64,000 nt of DNA from Octopus bimaculoides (GCF_001194135.2 NC_068995.1:29939321-30003320), one strand, 5' to 3'. Shown: positions 40,223 to 52,600, counted from the first letter of the stretch. Numbers and translations: made by a program. Notes: generated by a model not told the origin, from the letters alone.

Positions 40223-40612
40223 GCTGCCCTAACTATATTTTTAAAAGTGTGTAGAGTTGTACAGCCACCAAATAAGGATATTCATTGAATATATCAGTAA
40301 ATGAAAGCTCACGCGCGCGCGTGTGTGTGCGTACTTGCCTTCCCCATCTCTCTCTCTCCCTCTCTCTCCCTCTCTTCTGTTTCTAATCCGTCTCTTCTTT
40401 CACTCGCTCAATGTCCCTTTCTTTCTCGTTACACCTCTCTCATTTGTTCTTTTTGTATTCACGATATATGTTAAAAGAAATAAAGAAGGACAGGCAATAA
40501 TCAATTGAATCGTCCCCAGTAGGTTATTGTATCAAGTCCAAAACTGAAAATCAGGGATGAGGCTTTAACTCAGACATACAGAGACCAAATTGGCAATATT
40601 TTTTTCTAACTA

Positions 40613-40815
40613 AGGCAGCGAGCTGGCAGAAACGTTAGCACACCGGGCGAAATGCTTAGCGGTATTTCGTCTGTCTTTAAGTTCTGAGTTCAAATTTCGC
40701 CGAGGTCGACTCTGCCTTTTATCCTTTCGGGGTCGATAAATTAAGTACTGGGGTCGCTCTAATTGACTGGCCCCTTCCCCCAAAATTTCGGGCCTTGTGC
40801 ATAGAGTAGAAACAA
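40613..40815 (+). mobile_element. SINE family A
   Basis: Head ggcagcgagctggcagaaacgttagcac and the family A body. A partial inverted copy follows at about 40855-40990. Confidence 0.85.
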
Positions 40816-41236
40816 TTTTTTTTTTCTAATAAGGCCAGTAGTCGACACCACCGATCTTAGTAATTGACTAATACTTTATTTTATTGACCTCGGAGGGCAG
40901 AAAGGAAAAGTTGGTCTCAGCGGGATTTGAACTCAGGACGTAAGGGTTCGAAAAAACGTACCACACGGCATTTTATTCTGTTACCTAAAAAATCTAAAAA
41001 TTCACTGCTCTAATGATAATAACGGTAATTGCAGATGGAAGTGGGACAGTAAAATGATGGAGAACAGAAACAAAGATGACACAGATTACGCGAAGAAAAA
41101 TAATTATATTTAAACAAAATGAAATATAAATATATGTATCTAGAAGCATGAGTAGAGATCATTTAGCTCCAGTCAGAGAACTTCGTAAATGTCGGACAGA
41201 CTTGCCTGATGCTCTCGCCCAGTCGCAGTTCAAAAA

Positions 41237-41299
<63 letters not shown>

Positions 41300-41469
41300 C
41301 CGCAAACATATTTCTCCTCATGCATTCTGAGAAGTGAAAGTGGGGCAGAAGTAGTGGTTGAGCATCGTAACCAAGTCTTGAGGGGAATTTGGGTTGGTTT
41401 GAATTATTCACTACAGGAAACATGGGTGTTTCGTTCATCATCCTTAACAAACCTGATTCGGGGACCTTA

Positions 41470-41530
41470 AAAAAATCGGTTCTTTCTCTATTGGCAAGAA
41501 ATCTTGAAATAAACTGAATAATGACATACA
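41470..41530 (+). mobile_element. Isolated 3' end of the R4/Dong family
   Basis: tctttctctattggcaagaaatcttgaaataaactgaataatgac followed by ATAC repeats; reverse complement of 15345-15400. Confidence 0.7.
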
Positions 41531-42096
41531 TACAAACACAAATACATACATATAAACACACACACACACTCATATATATATTTCCACACGTCCTGTTTTG
41601 TATTGAATGTATGGGCCTTTGTGACAAAGAATTGTTATTGTTGTTGTTGTTGATTGGATATGCTAATCTCAGAATATATAAAAGTGAACAAAGAACGGCA
41701 ACAAAAAAGCTGGTTCGATGTCAGGTTTCAAATCTCAGCTGAATGCATTGCTCATCCTTCAGATATTTAATACCACTGGAGAAAGTTACAAAAGAGATGA
41801 TACATTTTTTTTTCTTCAATCGGTACGACACTTCGAATCTCGTTGGTTTTATTGAATTTCTATTGCTGCAGAGTTTATAAAACAAGTACCAGTAACATCA
41901 TTGGCATTATTCTATGAACCAAGTAATGAAAGAAAAAAAAAACGGCATAATCCCCAGTAAAAAAAAAAGTAGAACTTTGGAATTTTTTCAATTTTCTTGT
42001 TCTCAAATACACTTGAAAGACAAAAATATGAATGCTATAAATCGTCATTTCAAAACTCCGACATTTTGAGAATACAAAAAAGAAAGTATTCCATTA

Positions 42097-42290
42097 TTAC
42101 GTCATCACAGTTACATGTTTTTTTAAACACAAATTGAAAGAATGGAAGATTTTAAAGCAAATATTATTGCGTTGTATTATATCTTTAGTCGAGGACACAA
42201 TGAGATATTCCATAAATGACGTAAGTTTAACCCCGCCCACTTTTGGTATTTAGGGCTATAAAAGGCCGGCGATTTCTCACTTCTATCGAG
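42097..42290 (+). promoter_or_regulatory. Candidate Pol II core promoter (two ATGACGTAA sites, GC box, TATA box)
   Basis: TTACGTCAT at 42097, ATGACGTAA at 42216, CCCCGCCCAC at 42231-42240, TATAAAAG at 42257. Confidence 0.6.
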
Positions 42291-42408
42291 ACACCAGCAC
42301 CGATCTAATCTGACTAGATCTTAACTGATCTGGTCTAACTCGATCTGATCTCGATCGGGGAAACTATAATCAGGTCTGTTGACATCAGGTCAACATACTT
42401 GATTACTG
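42285..42408 (+). other. Candidate non-coding first exon
   Basis: Begins about 28-34 nt after the TATA box, contains no ATG and ends at CTG|GTAAGT (42409-42414). Confidence 0.5.
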
Positions 42409-43972
42409 GTAAGTATACCAGGCGAGTACAAAACTAAGCTCACCATCAGCAATAGTTTAGTTTGCTATAAAAATCGACTAAACTTAAAGACTTTGTTGAC
42501 TTTCCTANNNNNNNNNNNNNNNNNNNNNNNNNNNNNNNNNNNNNNNNNNNNNNNNNNNNNNNNNNNNNNNNNNNNNNNNNNNNNNNNNNNNNNNNNNNNN
42601 NNNNNNNNNNNNNNNNNNNNNNNNNNNNNNNNNNNNNNNNNNNNNNNNNNNNNNNNNNNNNNNNNNNNNNNNNNNNNNNNNNNNNNNNNNNNNNNNNNNN
42701 NNNNNNNNNNNNNNNNNNNNNNNNNNNNNNNNNNNNNNNNNNNNNNNNNNNNNNNNNNNNNNNNNNNNNNNNNNNNNNNNNNNNNNNNNNNNNNNNNNNN
42801 NNNNNNNNNNNNNNNNNNNNNNNNNNNNNNNNNNNNNNNNNNNNNNNNNNNNNNNNNNNNNNNNNNNNNNNNNNNNNNNNNNNNNNNNNNNNNNNNNNNN
42901 NNNNNNNNNNNNNNNNNNNNNNNNNNNNNNNNNNNNNNNNNNNNNNNNNNNNNNNNNNNNNNNNNNNNNNNNNNNNNNNNNNNNNNNNNNNNNNNNNNNN
43001 NNNNNNNNNNNNNNNNNNNNNNNNNNNNNNNNNNNNNNNNNNNNNNNNNNNNNNNNNNNNNNNNNNNNNNNNNNNNNNNNNNNNNNNNNNNNNNNNNNNN
43101 NNNNNNNNNNNNNNNNNNNNNNNNNNNNNNNNNNNNNNNNNNNNNNNNNNNNNNNNNNNNNNNNNNNNNNNNNNNNNNNNCTAATGACTGAAACAAGTTC
43201 AAGATAAAAAGTAAAAGTATGAAACAAAAGTAAACGATTAGGTCGGTTTTATGAACCTTTGAGTCTTTAAACACCCTCTGCAACATGCTGGCTGGTGTCA
43301 TAACATAGTTGCAAGGTGTACGGAGAGGTGTCACGTAACCGTATAGACTCTTAACCAGGCTCTTCCAGTGCAGGAAACCTGGGGGTTCCAGCCAGAAACC
43401 GCAGTGATGTTTAACTTCTACAACGTCTTTACCTTTTTTTTTCAAGGTAAAGGGCATGCAGTTCATTCGAGGAGAATTCACAACACTTAGAGTTAAAACT
43501 TGGCAAATAAAATATTTTAATGGTTTAATGGTTTCGTTGTTTTAATAGTATGAGTGAGAGGAAGAGACGCTGATTGGAACTTTATACATATATGTACATA
43601 CATACATATATATTTGTACATATGTGCATATATGGGTACAGGAAGTCACAAAACGTAAACAGCATGAAATACGAAATACGAAAACATACGAAGACAAAAC
43701 TTTTGTATGCGAACAACGAGAGAAACAAATGGAAAACAAGACAAGTAACATTAAAAAAACGACCTTTATGAGTTGTTGGCTGTCCATCTACTCATTTCGA
43801 GCAATTAACGACAATATGAGGCTTTGAAAAAGCAGTTGCTCCCGCGAACCAAAATAAAATTTGAGATTTGCGGAGGGTCAAAGCTAGTAACAAAAACAGG
43901 ACAGTGGAGACTACAACAAACCAAACGAAAACAAACATGAGGAAAAAAAAAGATGGATGATGGTCACGTGTG

Positions 43973-44285
43973 AGCAACGAGAGAGAGAGTAAAGGAGAAA
44001 GAGGGAGAGAGAGAGACAGACAGATAGATAGAAAACGGTGAAGGGGAGAAAAAAGAATTAGAGAAATGATGAGAGAAAAAACGAAGGGGAAGAGGGGGGA
44101 GAAAGCAGAATAAGAGAAAGGAAGAGAGAGAAAATGAAAGGGGGAGAAAGAGAACAGTACAGGGTAGAGTCGCATCAAAATTATTAAGTTAGACTTACTT
44201 GGAAATGGATGCGTGGCGGTCAATCATATAATAATATAAATAAAATAAAATATAGCAACGAGAGAGAGAGAGACTAAAGGAGAAA

Positions 44286-44347
<62 letters not shown>

Positions 44348-44602
44348 CATAGATAGATAGATAGATAGAAAACGGTGAAGGGGAGAAAAAAGAATTAGAG
44401 AAAGAATGAGAGAGAAAAAACGAAGGGGAAGAGGGGGAGAAAACAGAATTAGAGAAAGGAAGAGAAAACGAAAGGGGGAGAAGAACAGTACAGGGTAGAG
44501 TCGCATCAAAATTAAGTTAGACTTACTTGGAAATGGATGCGTGGTGGTCAATCATATAATAATATAAATAAAATAAAATATCTATGTATGTATATATGGC
44601 AA
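43973..44602. repeat. Tandem duplication of a ~280-350-bp purine-rich unit
   Basis: Two copies starting agcaacgagagagag (43973, 44254), each ending gtcaatcatataataatataaataaaataaaatat; they differ in substitutions and microsatellite length. Confidence 0.85.
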
Positions 44603-45112
44603 AACAAACAGGACACAGAAGTGTGTCGATAAGCCAGCTGGAGAAGATGTCCTCCTGGGGCTAAAAGCAACAGTAACATCCACCCCTAGGGGTCAGCCAC
44701 ATTTAAGTGGCAATATACTTCACTTTATCGTGCAGTTACTGTTAATACCTAATTTAGAGAATTAACATTGCTTGTTTTCACTTTTTCGATATCAGTGAAT
44801 AATTTCACTGGAAAAGGATACATAAGGTTGCCAAGAATTNNNNNNNNNNNNNNNNNNNNNNNNNNNNNNNNNNNNNNNNNNNNNNNNNNNNNNNNNNNNN
44901 NNNNNNNNNNNNNNNNNNNNNNNNNNNNNNNNNNNNNNNNNNNNNNNNNNNNNNNNNNNNNNNNNNNNNNNNNNNNNNNNNNNNNNNNATGGCAAAACAA
45001 ACAGGACACAGAAGTGTGTCGATAAGCCAGCTGGAGAAGATGTCCTCCTGGGGCTAAAAGCAACAGTAACATCCACCCCTAGGGGTCAGCCACATTTAAG
45101 TGGCAATATACT

Positions 45113-45149
<37 letters not shown>

Positions 45150-45380
45150 GCATATATGAATACATATATGTACATACATACACATATATGCATATATGGG
45201 TACACATTGAAATTTCCTTATACTCTAACAATGTATCTACTTAGCGAATCATGAGCAAACAAGGAAACAAATAAGAATTCAAATTGTATGCATTGTATCC
45301 GTAACCACTCACGTACGTATACACAAAAAGTAGGTTATTAGATTTCTACTGGGTGTAATATTTGGTCTTATGTTGTTTAC

Positions 45381-45476
45381 AACATACGTAAACTCTTGAT
45401 ACTTGCAAAGTAACCGATGTCGGCACTCAGGAGCCCACATCGGTTACTCTGCAAGTATCAATAATTCAACAATACC
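45381..45476 (-). ncRNA. Candidate pri/pre-miRNA hairpin
   Basis: 29-bp core stem (45396-45461) with an 8-nt loop, extended by a lower stem on the minus strand through G-U pairs; basal UG present. No expression data. Confidence 0.5.
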
Positions 45477-45729
45477 TACATATAGAGAAATATCTATGAC
45501 GTTGGACTTGAATTTACGTATTTTCCAAATAGATTTTCATCATAGCTGATCTTCTGCATCCAATTATCGGAGCTAATATTTTTCATCATTTGATTTTTTA
45601 AAAATCAAAAATTAATTGATTCTATATTTAATTTATGGACACGCGGTATTAGCCAAAAGACTATTTACTATCAATTCTTCTTCTTTGTGGCTTCTACCTT
45701 AACAGCTATCATGCTATTATTAGGCGATT

Positions 45730-46850
45730 TATGGATATCACTCGCCTGGCTTTTAGCGACATAAGCCATTATAATCACTTACACACCATATTGTTACGAC
45801 CGGCCCTCTTGTTCCTGCTCGTCCAAGACGTCTTGCTTTAGATAGTTTGAAAACTGCTAAAAGAATTTAGCCACATGTTACAGCTCGGTGTCATTCGACT
45901 TTCTTCTGGTAATTGGGCCTCTCCTCTTCATCTGGTACAAAAAATGATGATGATTGGTATCCCTAAAAGGACTATTGGATGTTAAATGTCAGAACGATGC
46001 AATCCTATTTCTCGCATCTACGATTTCTCGACTTCTCTACTTGGTGCTACAGTTTTTCTGAAGATGTATTGTTCGTGCAAATAAACAGATACCATAAAAC
46101 CCAGTGAAATTCATGTCAGTTAACACCACACCTTTTGGACTGTATGAATTCGTTAGAATGCTCTTTGAGATCAAGAATTGTGCGAATTCCTTCCAAACTG
46201 ATGAAGTTATTCGTTGTTTAAATGTTGTTTTTGTTTACATTGATTTATTGGTTGCTATTGCTCTGGAATCGACATTTTGCTAGATTATCGTATTACGGCG
46301 TGATGATTAACCCAAGTGAATGTCTCTTTAGTGTTTTATTTTCAACCTTTTTAGCCATATTATTGATAGCAATGAAATTCTACCCTTGCCAGAAAGGACA
46401 GATGCAATTGTGCAGATTCCATCTTCCACTTTGGTACAAAAATTACGTGACAATCTTGACGTAATGAATTTCTACAGACGCTTTATTCCGAACTGGGGCG
46501 AAAATTCAGTGGTGTTTTACAGGAATTTATTAAGGATTCTTCGTAACCTTTTTCATTTTCCTCGAAGCATTTGAAACCGTCCGGAATTAGATGTAGTACT
46601 TTCGGCCGAGAACTATTCAAAACATACTTATCAGTTAAGTCATTTTCAGGAAGGGAGAAACTGTCATATATCCAGACTGAGTCAGGATATACGACAGGAT
46701 ATATTTGCTTTTGCACTAACCTAGATATAAACATTAGCTGAGAGAAATTAGACGTTGATTTTGTATCGCAGTTTCTTGCCGATATTCGTTATATCAAGGG
46801 CTAACGTTTCAAGGGCTCTAATAATTGCGCAGTTAATGCTTTATCCCGCG
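45730..46850 (+). mobile_element. Degenerate Ty3/Gypsy pol fragment (RT and RNase H)
   Basis: HIVTTGPLVPARPRRL..HMLQLGVIR.SSGNWASPLHLV; TPFGLYEFVRMLF; VFVYID; FLGHII..ILPLPER; MNFYRRFIP; FVSQFLADIRYIKG..NALSR. Many frameshifts; no LTRs seen. Confidence 0.85.
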
Positions 46851-48024
46851 TTCATTATTTCAAAGTTATAGTTTTGTCATATAATGTCGCACTGATTCTG
46901 CTTCAGGTATACCTTAAGGTTACACGTGTCTGTGGAATATTCGGTCACTTATGCGTTAATCCAATGAGCAGGTGGTTCATGTGGTCAAACAACTGAGTAC
47001 TCATTGTCGTATGTGACGAAAACCCATTTATATTTACTACCTTATTTATTGTTTAAGTATTCCCGATATCGACCCACTTCAGCTTCTGAAATTGTTCTGA
47101 TTATATTCAAAGAAAAGAATTAGAAATTAAAGCAGTAAGACATCAAAAGGATTTTTTTCCTATGGAGGTAGGAGGGTGTATTTTCACAATTCTCGCCTTG
47201 AGTCCTTACATACTTTAATTAACTCATTAATATAAAAGGGAGAAACTTGTTATTTATTAAGCCAACACGTTTGCATGAGATTAATGTATATTCAATATGA
47301 CTCGCCCAAAACTCAACATATGAAATCTTTTACCAGAAATATACTGTTTATTCTAAGCAGGTTTTATATGCTAGATCAGTGTTGCAAGTACTTCATTATC
47401 TCTTTAATATCTCTTCTCTTGACAATTAAAACAAATCGAAAAGGAAAGATAGAACATGAGGCATTAAAGACGTTATAATTTCATTAATCTTCACGAACAA
47501 TCGACTCCACCTAGATCTGCCTCTTAATTCATCTATCTATATGAGAACCGAATTCACATTTGATATGGGTTCTAAGAGATAGCCAGAGATAAAGTGCCAG
47601 CGTGATGAATTAATTTTCTGTCAGAAGTCATTAGGTTCAAAGACGAGACAAACATCTAATGTAATAAATCATTTTCAAGAAAGGCTTCAGTTTTAGATTT
47701 TTCTGTCACAGAAATATATTGCCTAAATTTTGAAATGACTTGCAACAATAGAATTAGATTTAACAAAATCTGTTTAGGACCAGAATATTTCCATGTGGTT
47801 AGTGAACCATGAAGTCAAAGTGCCAAGATTTTTCTATCAATTGGGAGAAGGAAGGGTTAGTTTTTTCTGCCGACTTATTACATAATTTTATTCTCCTAAA
47901 AAAATAAAGTTCATATGAATTTTGTTAATTATTTTTATCTTCCTAAGTTTACTATTAACATTGACTAAAATAAAGCACCATTCAAATACTGGGATCAATT
48001 TAAACTTCTTTTACAAATTTTAGG

Positions 48025-48410
48025 CCTTGTGCCTGGAAGTGCTGCCCTCGAGTGAGTTTATTGAAAGGTGGGTAAAAGTTGCGAAAATGACAAGAGTGAA
48101 TGGTACCTCTCTAAGTATAGACCTGCGAGTCGGAGAGAAGGAATTGGAGAGTGCACTTGCTCTTGGTGTTCAGGGAAATCTCGGACAGTGGGGTTCATCG
48201 ATTATCCCTAAGGGTCATCCTGTATCAGGAGCCGACATCATTATCATCCCCCCCGCTTTTTTTAACTTTCTATACTATGTATATTTCCCTTCCTTTCTAT
48301 TGTATACCGTGTATACTTACATTTACTTTGGTACTTATTTCATTATTCTATCATTTCATTATATGTAAATCCCCACACTTTATATCTGCCCGGGTCGCAA
48401 ATAAATGAAA
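48025..48410 (+). mobile_element. Tx1 LINE extreme 3' fragment
   Basis: gagtttattgaaaggtgggtaaaagt...gtgaatgg is homologous to 22650-22720 (EFIERWVKVA). Confidence 0.6.
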
Positions 48411-48433
48411 TCATCATCATCATCATCATCATC

Positions 48434-48524
<91 letters not shown>

Positions 48525-48525
48525 A

Positions 48526-48697
48526 GGGGACGAACTGGCTGAATCTTTAGCAGCCGGGTAAAATGCTCAGCGGCATTTCGTCCGTTGTACGTTCTGATTT
48601 CAAATCCCGCCGAGGTTGACTTTGGAGGTTGTCTCCTTTAGGAGTCGATAAATTAAGTACCAGTCGAGAACTGGGGTCGAAATAATCGACTAGCCCT
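48526..48697 (+). mobile_element. SINE family A
   Basis: cgaactggctgaatc, aaatgctcagcggcatttcgtc, gtcgataaattaagtaccag. Confidence 0.8.
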
Positions 48698-48704
48698 ATA
48701 AAAT

Positions 48705-49295
48705 TCCCGATGTCTTCACTGAATTGTTTAATAATCGCTAGTAAGCCCTGTAGTTGTTGGTAATTTTTTGTAAAGAGCTTTAAATCATCCATGTAAATGA
48801 GATGATTTATATTTTTATCAAACATTTTATAACCATATTGTACATCATTGAGCAATTTCGAGAGAGGTATTAAGGCTAGACAAAACAGGAGTGGTGACAG
48901 AGAGTCACCCTGGAAAATGCCACATGAAATTCTTACATCTCCAGCATTAAGAGATTCATTGTCATTGTTCAAAGTCAGTGTGGTTCTCCATGATCTCATA
49001 CTTACAGACAAGAAGTTTCGCAGAGTNNNNNNNNNNGGTTCTCCATGATCTCATACTTACAGACAAGAAGTTTCGCAGAGTAGGTGCTATTTTATACATT
49101 TCCAGACATTTCTTAATCCAGCTATATGGTAGACTATCAAAAGCTTTTTTATAGTCTATCCAGGTTATCGACAAGTTTTTGTGTCGCTTGTGACAATCTT
49201 CCAAGATCATCTTATTGATGAGTAGCTGATCTTTACGACCATAGGACCTACGTTTACATCCTTTTTGCTCATTAGGGAATATGCCACTTTCTATT
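48705..49295 (-). mobile_element. R4/Dong-clade RT core fragment
   Basis: [65 protein letters not shown]. Confidence 0.88.
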
Positions 49296-49321
49296 TTAAA
49301 AAAAACTATAGGTATATTCAG

Positions 49322-49375
<54 letters not shown>

Positions 49376-49541
49376 GAATTATTATTATTATTAATACAGA
49401 AAGAATTGAGGTAATTCTTCCTGAAGATATAAAGTCAAAATTAAAATAAGAGTGCCATTGCTATCCAGTGAACGATATTTCGACATCTTGTATGTCTTCA
49501 ACTGGTTCAAAAAATAAATTTGTCAATCTACTTCATTTTGG

Positions 49542-49689
49542 TTAATATAGAAAGGATTGAGGTAACGCCTCATGAAGATATAGAGTCAAAATTAAAAGAA
49601 GAGTGCCATTGTTATCTAGTGATAACTCTTCTTTTAATTTTGACTCTATATCTTCAGGAGGAGTTACCTCTCAATCCTTTCTATATTAA
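49542..49689. repeat. Long inverted repeat (63/65-nt arms, 20-nt spacer)
   Basis: 49542-49604 is the reverse complement of 49625-49689 with two mismatches and a 2-nt insertion; a diverged direct copy lies at 49393-49470. Confidence 0.9.
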
Positions 49690-50732
49690 GTTTGATATAG
49701 AAAAGTGAAAACCACCGAAAACTTAAAAGAACAGTGTGTGTGTGTGAATGCAGAAACAAATTTCCTGTTCTACAATTATTAATGGATGAATAGGAAAATT
49801 GGTAGGATATGCATCAGACAAGGAATAATATTCAAGAGACTTTACAAGCAGTAAGTGAAGCACTTTAAAGCAGAAGGAAAAGAATTGCAAATGGAACATG
49901 CGACATCAAATAAAAGGAAGATCGCAAACTCGTATGTGCAAGTACAAGTAATTATGATCAAACATTACCTATTTTAAGAGCTAAATATGCAAACTTTAAT
50001 AACGAAATATCAAGGCTCATAAGCGTGGCAAGAGGAAATACTTGAATAACGTGGATATGAATGAAATTCAAATGAATAGAGAAGGGGGAGGAGGAGGAAA
50101 AGTTATCAGATTAACTTAATATTCAATTATGGAAATAACAGGCACAGCCAACAAAACAAAGAGCTTCCATTAGAGATAGACTGAGGGAGCTGGTGACTAA
50201 AAATAAAGAAACAGCGAATAGGTGGAGGGAACATTAAATTATCTAATAACACAAAATGAAAAAAATATCCCTTCAGCTGAAAGGGATCTGGACTATGAAA
50301 CGGGAGAAGTCATATTAATGTCGCAAAAGCTATATAACAGCTTAGACGGAGTACTCAGCTATTTATATTAATAGATCCAACTTACACGGAGTACATTTCA
50401 TGTCATAATAACCCCACCGACCCTCTTACTTTCTCCCTCTAATACTGCATGCTCTCCATATTTAACCATTCCAACTTCTCTGCTATATGATCTGAAATTT
50501 AAGAGCTTTTCTACCCCAATGATGGCTGATTGCACAACCTTGACGCCATCCTTATGGATGCGTTGCAGTTACCCTCTTGATAGAGCTTGCTGATTCTGAC
50601 CGTTGATCTTCTAGGATGCCACCGCTAAGCATCAATGTGAGAAGCACCGTTGACTCAGTTGAGCTCTTCCGTTGCCTCTTCACAATTTGGCATATTGCAG
50701 ACCCATGACTTCGCTGTATTCCTGGCATAACC

Positions 50733-50763
<31 letters not shown>

Positions 50764-52199
50764 NNNNNNNNNNNNNNNNNNNNNNNNNNNNNNNNNNNNN
50801 NNNNNNNNNNNNNNNNNNNNNNNNNNNNNNNNNNNNNNNNNNNNNNNNNNNNNNNNNNNNNNNNNNNNNNNNNNNNNNNNNNNNNNNNNNNNNNNNNNNN
50901 NNNNNNNNNNNNNNNNNNNNNNNNNNNNNNNNNNNNNNNNNNNNNNNNNNNNNNNNNNNNNNNNNNNNNNNNNNNNNNNNNNNNNNNNNNNNNNNNNNNN
51001 NNNNNNNNNNNNNNNNNNNNNNNNNNNNNNNNNNNNNNNNNNNNNNNNNNNNNNNNNNNNNNNNNNNNNNNNNNNNNNNNNNNNNNNNNNNNNNNNNNNN
51101 NNNNTTCAGATTTATGTAAATGTTTGTAAGAATGACACAGAGAAAAAAATACGCATTTATAACCCACTTATTTACATCTAAGTTTAACTTAGTAGTAAAA
51201 CGATGCTCCCTTGGGACAGAAAAAAATTAGCTGTAGCTGATTAAAACAAAAAAAAAAATGGTTTTAATATAGCATTAACTCTACCTGGAATAATTATACT
51301 ATTTACACTATAACAGACGTCATGCAGTGGATATTCAGGGAGCGTGGGGGGTGGGCTGGGGTAAAGTTAAGTTACAAGAGTGAAAACTATGAAGTATTTC
51401 TAAATGAGATCAAGACTCGTAGGAAAAATTAGTAGGCTGCGAACCACCCGAGTTTGCGATCCGATTTCAGTTCTTAGATTAAGAATTTACATTTCAATTA
51501 CGATAAATCATTTGAAAAATACTTGATTCTCAGTTATTAATATGGTTAATTATCTACTACAGAAATAATCCCTGTTGCCACTGATTGAGTACAGTACACA
51601 AACATTAATGAAAATGCATAAATTTTATTTCGCTTTGTACATTTCATTTCTTTACGAAGTAAATATTTTGCTAAATTAACAAAATACTTTTGCTACATTT
51701 TCATCGGTTATTTATTATTTGTAAATGAACTACATCCAGGTCATATTACTTTTAAATTGCCACTTGTCTTGCAAAACTAACAAGTCTCAATTTATATTTT
51801 ACAGCAACTTTAAAGTCAATGGAAATTAAATTAACGAAACTACACTCTTATATTTCAATCAAGTTGACGGAACCATTAGATTGTCTAATAAAATAACATT
51901 AAGTATTTACATTTTTTCCTTGAGTTCAACTTGTGAAAGGATTAAATTTTGTTTTTCATTCATCTTTGCCATAACAAAATAGAATTATTTACATACTATG
52001 TGAAGTCAATTTAATGATATATACTTCCTTCTCGCACACATTTGGCCTCGTACCGAGTCAATTTTATCAAATAGATATTTCTCAAGTTGTCCTGCTATAT
52101 GTACAAAAAGAAATTGTTGGTCCTAGCAAGGTATCTTCTCATTTATATCTAAGTTAACATCATTTGTTACGATTATGTTTCGCAAGTAGACTTTCCAAG

Positions 52200-52600
52200 G
52201 GCATTAAAAGAGTGGACGCCAACAGCGGTTTGTACGACGTTGTAAATTCCTTATCGTGCCTTTCGTAAACGAGATCTGTCTCTTCGGGTGACAGTCACAC
52301 CGAAAGTGATTACACACCCGAAAAATCCGTTGGATCCAGCTTGCAATGCTACCATCCCTACCCGGATAAGGAAACTTAATCATATACAACTATAGAATCA
52401 CGTCCTTACTTGATTTTAATATAAGTAAAACAATGGTTATAGGGAGCATTTGTCGGACGTCCGACAAAATTGCATCGAAACACTGAAATCTATCGCCCGT
52501 CACTTGAAATCTCCGGGCCATTTCCATCTTGATTTCACTGTTACTGTCTCGTACGATATCACGAATGTCCCTTTTCCTGGATTTGTCCTGAACAGCAATT
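52200..52600 (-). mobile_element. Possible very old Penelope RT thumb-region remnant
   Basis: NSEIKMEM..FQCFDAIL and SIASWIQRIFRVCN loosely resemble PLE IKFT.E..FLDV and S....RA.RICS. Confidence 0.25.

Noticed and set aside
44610-45118. Exact ~130-bp direct repeat on either side of a gap
   Set aside because: Identical sequence flanking N's is typical of unmerged contig overlap.
48978-49081. 45-bp duplication inside the R4 RT around an 11-N gap
   Set aside because: Contig-overlap artefact; the RT frame is continuous once merged.
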